A stretch of 64,000 nt of DNA from a virus. The notes below the pieces were generated by a model, which was not told where the DNA came from, made no database searches, and was given only the letters and a program-made list of their open reading frames with translations. A program made the translations under genes and the position numbers. Below are positions 37,301 through 47,228 of the stretch, piece after piece; the stretch's first letter is position 1; the number at the start of each line of letters is the position of its first letter. Location of the stretch: positions 20,668-84,667 of the IMG/VR virus record IMGVR_UViG_3300031963_000066. One strand, written 5' to 3'.

Positions 37301-39190
37301 TCTTAACCAAGTATTTGCTTGTGTTGTATTGTCATTCAGTGTTTTTGCAGCAGTCAGTGATGCAGCTTTTGTGCCATCAGTAGTTGATATTGAATCACTA
37401 AGTTGTTGTTCGGTAATAATTCTGTAGTATGAAGCCGATTGAAAACTATCCACATCATTAATATCAAAATAATTTCCTGCTTCATTCCAACGAATTGCTG
37501 CATTTGCGGCCGCAGTTCCGGATGTTCCATCGACTGTTCTATAAACATTGAAAGATGATGTTTGATTTCTTGATGCTTGACTTAATGTGAATTCGTTTGA
37601 ATTGAATACTGTTCGTCCATTGATAACAAAATTGCCAGCAACACTGAAATCTTCATTTACCTGTAAGCTCTTAACTGTTGCTTCAGCATTTTCGGCATCA
37701 ATTAAATTCGAAATGCGTACATTTGGTGTCCAAACATCAGTGTTTGCTCTTATTGTGTTTGCTCTTACTGTGTCGGTTGCCCAAACATTTGCTGTATTGA
37801 CACGGGAATTTGCTTGCAACCTATCGGTAAATGTGATACCATACACAGACAATGTGCCAGTATTGGCTGATGTGTTAGCTTCAAGTCTATCTGTAAATGT
37901 GGTATTATAAACCGACAATGTATCGGTGTTTGCCGATGTATTGGCTTGAAGTCTGTTGGTGAAGGTTGTACCAGTAACAGAAGCTGTTGTTGTGTTAGTT
38001 GATACGTTAGCTTGCACAACATTGGCATACATTGTCCAAACTACGGATGCATTAGATGTATTGGATGATGTATTAGCTTGTAACACATTAGTAAAAGAAG
38101 TTCCTGTTACTGATAATGTTGTAGTATTTGCTGATGTATTTGCTTGCAATTCATTCGTGTGTGTGGTGCCAGATACAAAAGCTGTTGCAGTTGTTGTAAA
38201 TGTATTTGCTTGCAATACATCTGTAAATGTAGTACCAGTGACAGAAGCTGTTGTTGTATTGGTTGACACATTAGCTTGCACTACATTAGCATATAGTGTA
38301 TGCATAACCGATGCATTAGATGTATTGGTTGATGAGTTGGCTTGCACTACATTTGCATACAGTGTGTGCATAACCGATGCATTGGAAGTATTAGATGATG
38401 TATTTGCTTGCAATACATCTGTAAATGTGGTACCAGTAACAGAAGCTGTCGTTGTGTTTGTAGATATGTTTGCTTGTACTACATTTGCCCACAAGGTGTG
38501 TATAACGGATGCATTGGCTGTATTGGTAGATGTGTTAGCTTGTAATACATTTACCCAAGCTGTGCCACTTACACCAACAGATGTTGTGGTAACATGTGTA
38601 TTGGCCTGAATAGTTGCAGTAAGAATACTTGTGTTTGCTTGCACATCATTAGTAAACACTTTGTTGTTTGCAGAAAGTGTACCTGTCAATACACTGGTAT
38701 TTGATTGTATTCTGTTTGTATAAAGTGAATTATATATTGAAGCATTAGAAGTGTTAACAGAATTGTTTGATTGCAATGTTTCTGTAAATGTTCCACCTAC
38801 TACAGAAATGCTTCCACCAAACAATGAGTTATTTGCAACTCTTAGTGCTGTGTCTGATCCTAAAACGTTTAATACATTACCAACATTGGCTGTTCCTGTT
38901 GTTGCAAGACTTAGATTTCCATTTGAAAAGTAACCTTGCCCTTCCACATTCAAATTGTTTTGAATGATTGCAGAAGAACCAATACCTTGCACTGAAAATG
39001 TCTTTTGAACAATAACATTTCCGTTTGATTGTAATGCTGTCTGTGAATTTTCTGAAAGGAATAATGTTCCAGAATCTTTGACATAATTTTCTTTGGCAAG
39101 AATGTTGTTTTCGGTAACCAGATTGTTGGTTGCAACCATCCAATCACCAAATGTATTGGCATAACTTAATGAGGATACTGTATTAGCCAT
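34310..39190 (-). CDS. Long tail fibre protein (1626 aa)
   Basis: About 22-aa LQANTS repeats, an ANxAF stalk, a YTGDGSTTQY domain, AGNAGYA repeats and an aromatic-rich C-terminal tip. Confidence 0.8.
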   Translation of the reverse strand: MANTVSSLSYANTFGDWMVATNNLVTENNILAKENYVKDSGTLFLSENSQTALQSNGNVIVQKTFSVQGIGSSAIIQNNLNVEGQGYFSNGNLSLATTGTANVGNVLNVLGSDTALRVANNSLFGGSISVVGGTFTETLQSNNSVNTSNASIYNSLYTNRIQSNTSVLTGTLSANNKVFTNDVQANTSILTATIQANTHVTTTSVGVSGTAWVNVLQANTSTNTANASVIHTLWANVVQANISTNTTTASVTGTTFTDVLQANTSSNTSNASVMHTLYANVVQANSSTNTSNASVMHTLYANVVQANVSTNTTTASVTGTTFTDVLQANTFTTTATAFVSGTTHTNELQANTSANTTTLSVTGTSFTNVLQANTSSNTSNASVVWTMYANVVQANVSTNTTTASVTGTTFTNRLQANTSANTDTLSVYNTTFTDRLEANTSANTGTLSVYGITFTDRLQANSRVNTANVWATDTVRANTIRANTDVWTPNVRISNLIDAENAEATVKSLQVNEDFSVAGNFVINGRTVFNSNEFTLSQASRNQTSSFNVYRTVDGTSGTAAANAAIRWNEAGNYFDINDVDSFQSASYYRIITEQQLSDSISTTDGTKAASLTAAKTLNDNTTQANTWLRSRSDSASLYANGAFRTANSASLYANGAFGAANSASSYANSAFASANNVAPQIAPAFAQANAAFGKANAATAEIKGTRGSISPTSASLTLTSNNGIAIHSVTANTLAISTSQDLQTTASPSFTGLTVTGTPLSTSSGGTGSTSAASAFNTLVAAATGTASGTSGYVLATGGTGNFYWTAAGAGGAGTQPGTRITSNRLSYTGDGSTTQYTTPTFSQANQVRVYINGVRQLESEYTLNSGTSKVTMTVAPVNNDKILIEVDGYAVYEYFANNIVYGPATGALTTGTIQSAIDGLESGKMPKTGGTFTGQVIGQTIDKATANTSLATGSYVHNLANSNWTFSHSITGNAGTVTNGLYSTGSYANPAWLTSLNADKLSGGTISSTILGNSSHFIGTTSIALNRATGFQRLTGVNINGIADSANNLISTAGDLGYTVSGQDVSYVGHLGPQVQSQGAGAAAMSFHRPGLYAINFGLGTDNQLRTGGWSRGGASYVILDSGNYNSYAPTLTGTGASGNWNITSAFATNSTYANNITMGFNSNWNTDFSHAPAGSTVLRGDTSSGSSTGGPGGSWWFQQNMRHTNASNLWGVQVAWGWEDNANLLRTRNIQNGNYGGWVTYINSTNIGSQSVSYATSAGSATSAGYATSAGNSTTVAGLNVHANRNNEANKIVRTDASGYLQTGYINSSNGDENNASNPPRVWGTNGSDSYLRSYQTGSLSVGYAGSAGNATYAGSAGYAGNAGYASSAGNAGYATTAGSASNVTQGTAYFTYAESFGMGSVGGVTYTSTGAGGGGWNTVQYLNIPSAGWWNITEPDMFYRGQRLNSSMWASGTTYLWLVVEVLVDNVWRLIKLTTQNYDTVNYMPADGSVYYAARPFQTYGPYGYWHWSNEDTTWAALGSQKTPYYLAAGNNVRVTMKFANDYFRAGTHFMTEANAASGRGYYMDSVLGWRNDGTNPSATNKHVYKIGPDVNNEWRAYANGGPAGYWYAGGSVRFMAYKVGT

Positions 39191-39191
39191 T

Positions 39192-39416
39192 TTAACCTTT
39201 TTCTAATAGTTTTAATAACAAACTTTTTATTTCCGTTATATCTTCCCTGAGCACTTTGACCTCAGACTTAACATTATTTATTTCTTCTTTTTGAGACTCC
39301 AGGGCCCGGCGTTTATTCAAATATTCATCTAAACCATTTTTATCTTGGTTTATAATTGCACCGGTTCTGGTGTCCCTAACAAGTTTTGTACCTTCAACTC
39401 TCAAATACATAATCAA
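39192..39416 (-). CDS. Small conserved-looking coiled-coil protein
   Basis: LVRDTRTGAIIN and EIKSLLLKLLE; translationally coupled to both neighbours. Confidence 0.7.
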   Translation of the reverse strand: MIMYLRVEGTKLVRDTRTGAIINQDKNGLDEYLNKRRALESQKEEINNVKSEVKVLREDITEIKSLLLKLLEKG

Positions 39417-42400
39417 CCAATCGAACTATTGATATTTGAAGGCAGTGCAATACATCTCATGTCTGTCAAATGAGGTACAATAGTTGTATCTGTAGTCAAC
39501 AAAACAATTTTGATTGCAAACTGATTGAATGAGTTATATGTTTGGCCATTTGTTGATGTATAAGAAACATAACCTTGTTCTGTACCTAAACTTCCTGGTG
39601 CAAAAGTATATTCATGCAAATCACCTCTAAATTTAGAATACAATGTGTTAGAATTCTTTGTTTTGGTCATTAGGATCCAAGAACCATCAGCAAAAGATTG
39701 TGTATCATTTCTATTCAAAATCTTGTAGTACACTTGTATATCTGTTTTTGCAGGACGATATGCAGACAAATAGACATTCAAATCTCCAGAATCAAAACCT
39801 GCTTCCAACACAACCTTCTTGGTTACATATCTTGTTGTTGCAGGACCACCATTCTTAGAAGTTTCACCTGTAATGATTGCAGATGCACCTGCCGCAGAAC
39901 CACCAGAAACATCAATCGAAACAGTTGGTGTTTCTATGTATCCAGAACCTGGTGTTGTTAGATAGATTGAAGTAATTTTACCAGCTTCAATCACAGGTGA
40001 TGCATAAGCTTGTACAGCATTTGCACCTGTTGGTGCAGAAATAGAAACTGTTGTATTGCCTGTTGCATAACTATTTCCTTGCGACACAATAGATATCAAA
40101 CTATTTGACAATTCACAATTGTTTATGTTGTATTGAACTGTAAATACAGTAGTACCAGCATCAGAAATGACTGGAGAAACTGCATTATCTTGTGATGATA
40201 ACTGGCCGTACAATGAGAAAGATGTTTCCGAATTGGCAACCAAAACTCTTTGACGTTGATTATCATCCAAATAAATGTGTTCATACATTGTTGTACCAAA
40301 TTTACCTGGATTTATTGCAACTTGGCCAGCAGATGTACCACCTTGCAGTGTTGCATCATAGGTATAGTTGATTGAGGTTGATGATGGAACAAAATCGGTT
40401 GTTGATATATTAAAAGCATCCACTAATATATTAGAATTTGATGTTGTTGATATCAAATCTGTCATTGTGTTTGCATTTTTGTAGAAATCAATTTCAGAAT
40501 CAACCAAAGTTCTTTGTGGCAACTTCTTAGGTACAACCATTCTAATTGATGGTGTGACTGATGTGTTGAACACACAACGATCAATTGTAAACATCACAGA
40601 TTGATTTTGGTCAGCTTCCCATGTTTGTGAATTCTGAGAAAGGAATAAACCACCAACATAGTGTGCAGCTGATATTTTTGTAATTGAACTTGGATATGGA
40701 TCAGTTGATAGATTTTTTACTGTTGATGGTAATGCTTCTTCATTGTTTGATGCGGTCCACAATGTGTACTCATTAGACAAAGATTTAACAATAAATGCAT
40801 ATAATACACCAGATTGAATATACACTGGAGAAGTAAAGGTAAATTCAGTGTATGTAGTTGAATCTAAATGCTGCGGAGTTGAAGAAACTTTAACTTTAGT
40901 TGGATCCAAAGTAACCACTGAATGGTCCAATGTTACTCCATTTGGATAACCATTTAATGTACCAACAATTGATAATGTTATTGGTGAACCATCATTTGTT
41001 GATGTTGGTTTTGAAGCAAAGAACACTCTGATTGAAGAAAGAAAAGCACCATTTGGAAAGTTTGTCGGATCAATCTGGAAAGTTTGAGCAACAGGATCAC
41101 CAGTCCATGGTGGTGGCGGTTGCAAATCTGTAATTATTCTTCTTGTTTGAACTTCTGATGTGTTGGTTGTATAAGAAGAATCTTTATACAATGTTTGTTT
41201 GAAAGTATCTTTTGCCCCAGATGGTGATGCACCAAAATCAATAGTTTGTCTATTGATTTGCAAACCTTCCGCATAGAAAGTACCTTCAGCATATGTTGTT
41301 ACTGTGCCAACATTGTTATTGATACGGTTGTCTAAACGAAAGACTTTTTGGCCGGTGTGAAAAGTATTTGCTGGTACAGTGAACACACCAAAGAAATCAC
41401 CACGTTCATTGGATTCAATCGAACCTGTAGTTGAACCAATAGAATATGTTTCTTTATCTGGTAATCCAACAACTGAAGATACTACTATAGGTGTTGCAAG
41501 TGTTGCAACTTTTGTTGATCCATCATAATCTGAAATCACAGCTGATTGGCCAGGATTTGCACCAGAAGTTATGTAAATCGTTAAACCATTATAGAAATCA
41601 TTTACACTTGATGCTAATGGTGATAATTGTATTGATGTAAGAGATGTTGAATCTTTTAATGTACCACTGTAGTGTTCACTAGAGTTACTAAATTGTGTTG
41701 CAACAACACTACCCGAAGCAGTAGATGACTGATAAACACCTGATGCATTGAAGAATCCGTTTTGTAAAGCTAAACCATTATTGTATGTGGTTGTCTTAAA
41801 GTCATTTGAAACATATAAACGAATCTTGGTTGTATCTGTGTAGTTGTACACACCTTCAACTTTACCTGTAGGTGTGAATGTACCAGCTGAATAGTAACCG
41901 ATAATGTCGCCAGCTTTAAATGTACCAGTCACGGATGCAACTTCAATTGTATTCAATCTGCGAACATAAGAATCAACACTTACATTATCAAAGAAAGCAT
42001 ATAACTTGGTTTTAATTAACAGGTTAGAAGCTTTAATCATAATCTGCTGTGGTTTGATCCACGGCAAAATACTAATATCATTTATGTAACCATTATTCAA
42101 TGAATAGGTGTTATCTATTTTGTTGTATGGTCCAAGTATATTAGTTTGTTGTTCTTTAAACTTTGTCAGGTAAGTTGAAGAAAGTGTGGAATTCTGTATG
42201 GTTGTTTGTTGCAATCCAGTTGATCCACCCGTCCAACCAACACTATTAGATACTGTTGCCCAGGGGCTAGATGTTTGTGACTGTAAACTTGTTGCTGATG
42301 TTCCAGGAACTGTTTGCCAATCACCAAAAGATAATGTGTTGTTTACATTACCTCTTTGGTATATTTGCAAACTAGGATCAACAACCAACAAAGCAGGTGA

Positions 42401-45400
42401 ATATGTTGTATCAACCCAATTGTCCATGTTTGGAGACAACGACAAGCTACCTTTTGAAAAAGGTGTATTGAATGGGTTCACATTGGTTGTTCTGCTTGCC
42501 AATTTTTGTGATACTATAATGCTTGTGGTATATGGCAATGTGAAATAATTCACTGAACCATCTCGACTAACATTAAAATTCAACGCAGAAATTGATGATG
42601 ATGTTGGTGAATTCATGTTATACACCATGGCCAAATTCTTCAATGGGAAATTTTTAACATTTTGGCCAGCCGTTAACTGTCTGGTTCTTCTATTAATGTT
42701 TGCATTGAAATCAGTAACACCAGAGTCTGAAGCAGAAAAACTTGAGAAATCATCTACCATAATACCATTTTTGAATCTATTTAATCCGTATGCATCAGAG
42801 ATTTGCAATGAGTTTGCATTTTGTTCCAATGAATTCAAAGAAGTATAGTATTCAACACGGTTAATTCTTGTGTCAAGACCAGCAATGTCAGCCATTGTGT
42901 AACGGCGGTGTTGCACTTTTTCTATAGACAAATCTGGTAATTTACCAACAGGTGACTCAGTTGTCACATATCCGGTGTATGGATTATGTGTGATGTTGGC
43001 TATTGTTAGAGAAGAATCTGGTTCATTAGGTAGAATAGGGTTGATTGAAGGAGAACCCTCAACTATTTGTAGACTTCTATCTTTGGTTAAAACTAATTTA
43101 TCTTTACGACCAAGATAATGTTCATAGTCACAAATAAAACTTGTTGAATCTACAGGCAATAAAATTCCAACTCTTGTGTCTGATGGATTAGAGTAACGGA
43201 AAACAAAATCTGTTTGAGCATTTTGACGGGATGGTCTAAAATCCAAACAATCTCTCAACGAATATGTTGTTCCATTTTTACTTGTGTAATCTGGAATTTC
43301 TCTATAATTTTCTGGTGAATCTGAATTGGTGTAAGATGTTTGACTGAAATAACCATCACCACCAGAATGCTTGTAGTAATCAAGGTACACAAGTAAATTG
43401 CCTGCTGGCTTAGGTGCACCAGGTTTTAATGTAATTGATGCATGGTCATAATAACCATCTCTTTGGCCATTATCGAAAACATAATTATTTGTAACATCAT
43501 ATGTTGAATTATTATACATTGTTGTTAATGGCAATGTACCTGAAGCTTTTGTATCAATGATTTTTACAATTCGTTTCACATCAGATAGATACAATGATTG
43601 TTTTGTTCCAGGAGCAGCAACACCTGCGGCTTGTATGTAAACTTGGCCACTAGAACTTACACCATCGTCAACAAATGTGTAGGTGTTAACTTGTGTTCCA
43701 TTGGTTACAACTGTTGCATTGGCCGCAGTAACTAAATTTTTAATTTTTAAGACAAAACCAGAATCGGTTGCAACAGGCACATCAACTTTAAATATGATTG
43801 TTGCTGTAAATGCGGTCAAATCTGCTGTTGTGGTTGTCAATGTTGCAACAGATAAATCACCATTCATTGAAATGGCTCTAGGAGATACTGACCAATTAAC
43901 AATATCACCAGCTGCAAACTTTGAATTTGATTGAGCATTCGTCACAATAATTGTGAAGTTTTCTCTGACCAAATCTGCACTCAAAGCCTGGCCTGCTGTA
44001 CCTATATGTGAAATTTTATCATTGTAACTTGAAAGGTCCACAGTTGCAGACAATGTACTACCAGCAACACCAAAAGGTACACCTCTAATTTCAATAAAAG
44101 ATGTGTAGATTGCATCGGTAATATCAGAGACAAATGGTAAACCTATTGGAAACAATAGTTCTGGTTTATTTGGATTTTCAAAAATTGCATCACCAGAAGC
44201 TATACCATTTTGTTTTCCAGTATCATCTATTTTTGCACTACCATATACAGTATAGTTACTGTTGTTAACTTGCAACATAGATTCCGCATCAGCGGTATTA
44301 AAATTCATCACAAAAGTGGATGTATTGTCTGGTGTTACACTCCAAGACCTATTCACAGTTGCAGTTCTTGTTGAACCTACGTATGCTGTGATTGTTCTTG
44401 TTTCACCTGCATTTGTTCCTGATGTAATTGAAATGTCAACACCAACATAAGCATCATTAAATGAAGACGTTTGGCCATTTGTTCCTGGTAGAACTACTGT
44501 GGTTGAACTTGCTGAAACAAGTGTGCCTGTTAAAGCCTGGTTCTGCAAGTCATATACCATTGCCTTGAAGATATGTGTATTTGCATTGGCTGTTGGCGCA
44601 CTCTGATAATCTAAACCACGAATGTATCCTCTTGCCACCAATGTGGAATTGTAAGTTGTTGTATTGGCTGTATGTACACTATCAGTTGAAACACAATGAA
44701 AGTCTATTGTGTTTGCTGTTGTTACTTCAAATGTTTTTGAGTTTGCGCCATGCACATTCGATACAATAAAATAACTACCATAGTTAATAACTGTTGTGTC
44801 ATTATTTTTTAAAGATGTTGCCCTTGCACGGTTGGAAGATATATTAACAGGTGAAGGATTCTCTACACGATAACCATGCACATATGCAAGGCCTTTACCC
44901 ACACCCATTATGTACTTGTCCTCATCATCCGGATCAACTTTTGGTGTTATACTGAAATCGTTTACAATGTAATCACCATTGGTTTCGTAGTCACGCTTTG
45001 CAAAGTAATCATCAATCGCCGCATAAACTGATCCATCAACCATCTTGAAAACATTACCATCTTCAACACGAAGTAACTCAATGAAAAATTGGTCATCACC
45101 AAAGTACAATGGTTTTGATGTTAGTTCAAGGCTAATAACATATCTGTCTGCACCAGGTGCCTGGTAGTTTGATGCACCGACCGCAGGATCCAACAATGAC
45201 GCATCGTTTGCATAGTCATAGATTGTTTCGGTAATTTCCAAACCAACCCGTCTGGATGGTGTACTGTCATACTTACTTAAAACGATTGTTGTTGGTTCAA
45301 TTTGTACAAAGTTACCAAGAACATAGAAAACACCTTTGGCAATCGAAACAACAGAAGACTCACCGGTTGAATTGTTTGTTACTGCTTGGCAAGCTTTATT

Positions 45401-45838
45401 TGAATTCACATCATAGATAATATCGTTGTCAGTGAATCTTGTACCTGATTTGTATACAACAATCAATGTTGGTGGATCACCTTCACCTGCGGTGCCTGTT
45501 GGTTGTGCTACAGCAACAACTTTAGCTCTAATTGTTCCAGTTGCATTAGTTAACAATAAACCACTGAAATCGGAAATATCAATTGTTGCACCATTATATG
45601 TGGTTTGTAATTTGATGTAGTAACAATTGAAATTGGTGGTAATTTGACCACCAGTTACGGGAGAATTTTCTTTGAAAATGTTATTGGCAAACTTAGTAAT
45701 CTGATCCTGTAGGATCGTTTGTGCCTGTGTTAATTCTCTGGCCTGTACTGCCTTACCTGGTTTGAATAAAATTCGATGAAAGTTTTTTGTATCATCGAAA
45801 TCATCATAGTAAGGATCAACGTTAAAATTTAGAGCCAT
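39413..45838 (-). CDS. Very large baseplate-associated structural protein (DUF4815/VrlC-like)
   Basis: NVDPYYDDFD..FHRILFKPG..VQARELTQ, APGADR, RFKNGIMVDDF, DPVAQTF and FAIKIVL motifs; follows gp8 as in marine/freshwater T4-like phages. Confidence 0.8.
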   Translation of the reverse strand: MALNFNVDPYYDDFDDTKNFHRILFKPGKAVQARELTQAQTILQDQITKFANNIFKENSPVTGGQITTNFNCYYIKLQTTYNGATIDISDFSGLLLTNATGTIRAKVVAVAQPTGTAGEGDPPTLIVVYKSGTRFTDNDIIYDVNSNKACQAVTNNSTGESSVVSIAKGVFYVLGNFVQIEPTTIVLSKYDSTPSRRVGLEITETIYDYANDASLLDPAVGASNYQAPGADRYVISLELTSKPLYFGDDQFFIELLRVEDGNVFKMVDGSVYAAIDDYFAKRDYETNGDYIVNDFSITPKVDPDDEDKYIMGVGKGLAYVHGYRVENPSPVNISSNRARATSLKNNDTTVINYGSYFIVSNVHGANSKTFEVTTANTIDFHCVSTDSVHTANTTTYNSTLVARGYIRGLDYQSAPTANANTHIFKAMVYDLQNQALTGTLVSASSTTVVLPGTNGQTSSFNDAYVGVDISITSGTNAGETRTITAYVGSTRTATVNRSWSVTPDNTSTFVMNFNTADAESMLQVNNSNYTVYGSAKIDDTGKQNGIASGDAIFENPNKPELLFPIGLPFVSDITDAIYTSFIEIRGVPFGVAGSTLSATVDLSSYNDKISHIGTAGQALSADLVRENFTIIVTNAQSNSKFAAGDIVNWSVSPRAISMNGDLSVATLTTTTADLTAFTATIIFKVDVPVATDSGFVLKIKNLVTAANATVVTNGTQVNTYTFVDDGVSSSGQVYIQAAGVAAPGTKQSLYLSDVKRIVKIIDTKASGTLPLTTMYNNSTYDVTNNYVFDNGQRDGYYDHASITLKPGAPKPAGNLLVYLDYYKHSGGDGYFSQTSYTNSDSPENYREIPDYTSKNGTTYSLRDCLDFRPSRQNAQTDFVFRYSNPSDTRVGILLPVDSTSFICDYEHYLGRKDKLVLTKDRSLQIVEGSPSINPILPNEPDSSLTIANITHNPYTGYVTTESPVGKLPDLSIEKVQHRRYTMADIAGLDTRINRVEYYTSLNSLEQNANSLQISDAYGLNRFKNGIMVDDFSSFSASDSGVTDFNANINRRTRQLTAGQNVKNFPLKNLAMVYNMNSPTSSSISALNFNVSRDGSVNYFTLPYTTSIIVSQKLASRTTNVNPFNTPFSKGSLSLSPNMDNWVDTTYSPALLVVDPSLQIYQRGNVNNTLSFGDWQTVPGTSATSLQSQTSSPWATVSNSVGWTGGSTGLQQTTIQNSTLSSTYLTKFKEQQTNILGPYNKIDNTYSLNNGYINDISILPWIKPQQIMIKASNLLIKTKLYAFFDNVSVDSYVRRLNTIEVASVTGTFKAGDIIGYYSAGTFTPTGKVEGVYNYTDTTKIRLYVSNDFKTTTYNNGLALQNGFFNASGVYQSSTASGSVVATQFSNSSEHYSGTLKDSTSLTSIQLSPLASSVNDFYNGLTIYITSGANPGQSAVISDYDGSTKVATLATPIVVSSVVGLPDKETYSIGSTTGSIESNERGDFFGVFTVPANTFHTGQKVFRLDNRINNNVGTVTTYAEGTFYAEGLQINRQTIDFGASPSGAKDTFKQTLYKDSSYTTNTSEVQTRRIITDLQPPPPWTGDPVAQTFQIDPTNFPNGAFLSSIRVFFASKPTSTNDGSPITLSIVGTLNGYPNGVTLDHSVVTLDPTKVKVSSTPQHLDSTTYTEFTFTSPVYIQSGVLYAFIVKSLSNEYTLWTASNNEEALPSTVKNLSTDPYPSSITKISAAHYVGGLFLSQNSQTWEADQNQSVMFTIDRCVFNTSVTPSIRMVVPKKLPQRTLVDSEIDFYKNANTMTDLISTTSNSNILVDAFNISTTDFVPSSTSINYTYDATLQGGTSAGQVAINPGKFGTTMYEHIYLDDNQRQRVLVANSETSFSLYGQLSSQDNAVSPVISDAGTTVFTVQYNINNCELSNSLISIVSQGNSYATGNTTVSISAPTGANAVQAYASPVIEAGKITSIYLTTPGSGYIETPTVSIDVSGGSAAGASAIITGETSKNGGPATTRYVTKKVVLEAGFDSGDLNVYLSAYRPAKTDIQVYYKILNRNDTQSFADGSWILMTKTKNSNTLYSKFRGDLHEYTFAPGSLGTEQGYVSYTSTNGQTYNSFNQFAIKIVLLTTDTTIVPHLTDMRCIALPSNINSSIG

Positions 45839-45847
45839 TTTTTTCCC

Positions 45848-47215
45848 TTAGAAACCTAATACAAATTTGAGTTGTTCTATTCCGTCATCACTTCTCTGAA
45901 CACTTGATCTATTTTCAATATATGCCAAATATCCAGAATGTATTGCAAAATTTGGAAGACTATATGACAATACAGTCCTTGTTGATGTGGTTGTTTGACC
46001 GAAAATAGGACTATTAATTACTGGAACACCTTTTGTATTTATTAGCTTTATTAGATTGGTAGAAAGATTAAAGTATAAAACTGTTGCAGTAAATGTTGGA
46101 TTGTTAACTGGACCTTGATAAACAATCTCATCCATTTGGAATCCAATGTCTGAACCTGCCGCCACAACGATATCTGTTGTTGTACTATATGCAACACCAT
46201 TTGCATATACAGGATTATACTGTTTGGTTGTTGGATAAATTATGATACCTAGTTGGTGGAAATCAATGTCTGTTGGTAATAGTCCATTTTCTGTACCTTC
46301 AAACTCACAAGTCAACATCACATGGTCACAACCTAACTCAGAAACCGGATCAAACCCATGCCCACCAACAGGTGAAGTTGATGCACCTAATGCACAACCT
46401 TCACCGATGCCGGATTCCACTACAGCGTTCACATAAGAATAGTTACTACCTGGATTGGTAACAATAACATCATGGATAACTCCGTTCTGTACATTTGCTG
46501 TAGCAGCCGCACCAGTTCCATCACCAGTGATTACTATATTTACAACAGAATTTCCTGGATCATATCCTGAACCACTTTCAACCACATTAATAACATCTAT
46601 GCTACCAACACCGGCAGATGTAATTAGAGGGTTTGGTGTGTTTGTACCTATAGCCACTGGCATCCATTCTCTGTCCATAAACTTGAGTTTTAGACCAGTA
46701 TCAATGGTATACATGAATTTCCATTTGTAACCATCTTGACCCTGGAACATTTTGTTTGCAGTGTATGTGCCCGGTTCAAAATAAGGCTCTTCTGTTGATG
46801 GTTGGTCGTTATTGTTCCATAAACATTTAAAAACTTGGTCGTATTTATTTTTTACATAAAAAACCTGAATGATATAACCATTTGCATCTTTTTCGAGCAT
46901 ATCAACTTCATCTTGGAAATAATTATACATTACTCCTGAAGTCCAATCTACACGTTGTATGACTGGTGATATATCATTAGTCTTTATCTGTTTCACAATA
47001 AACATATTCTTGTACACCTGCTTGATTGATTTCAAGTCGGTTGCAGGAACAGGTGGGTTTACATCATCATTCCAGGGCAGTGGTTTTGCCAGAAAACAAT
47101 AGAACACATTGATTGGCTCTGTCAAATACGGTGGTACCACAGCCACCGGTGCATAATACATCAACCCTATCTGGGAAACTTTTGAACCGTTTGTGAGAAT
47201 ATTTTTATTTGCCAT
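45848..47215 (-). CDS. gp8: Baseplate wedge subunit
   Basis: VFKCLWN, DGYKWKFMYTI, GGHGFDPVSELG and YIENR motifs; AATAAATA at 47223-47230. Confidence 0.88.
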   Translation of the reverse strand: MANKNILTNGSKVSQIGLMYYAPVAVVPPYLTEPINVFYCFLAKPLPWNDDVNPPVPATDLKSIKQVYKNMFIVKQIKTNDISPVIQRVDWTSGVMYNYFQDEVDMLEKDANGYIIQVFYVKNKYDQVFKCLWNNNDQPSTEEPYFEPGTYTANKMFQGQDGYKWKFMYTIDTGLKLKFMDREWMPVAIGTNTPNPLITSAGVGSIDVINVVESGSGYDPGNSVVNIVITGDGTGAAATANVQNGVIHDVIVTNPGSNYSYVNAVVESGIGEGCALGASTSPVGGHGFDPVSELGCDHVMLTCEFEGTENGLLPTDIDFHQLGIIIYPTTKQYNPVYANGVAYSTTTDIVVAAGSDIGFQMDEIVYQGPVNNPTFTATVLYFNLSTNLIKLINTKGVPVINSPIFGQTTTSTRTVLSYSLPNFAIHSGYLAYIENRSSVQRSDDGIEQLKFVLGF

Positions 47216-47228
47216 AGTATTTTATTTA

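Noticed and set aside
14118-39190. Diversity-generating retroelement or invertible shufflon acting on the fibre tips
   Set aside because: No reverse transcriptase or recombinase in the window, no repeat pair differing only at adenines, and no inverted-orientation cassettes seen by eye.
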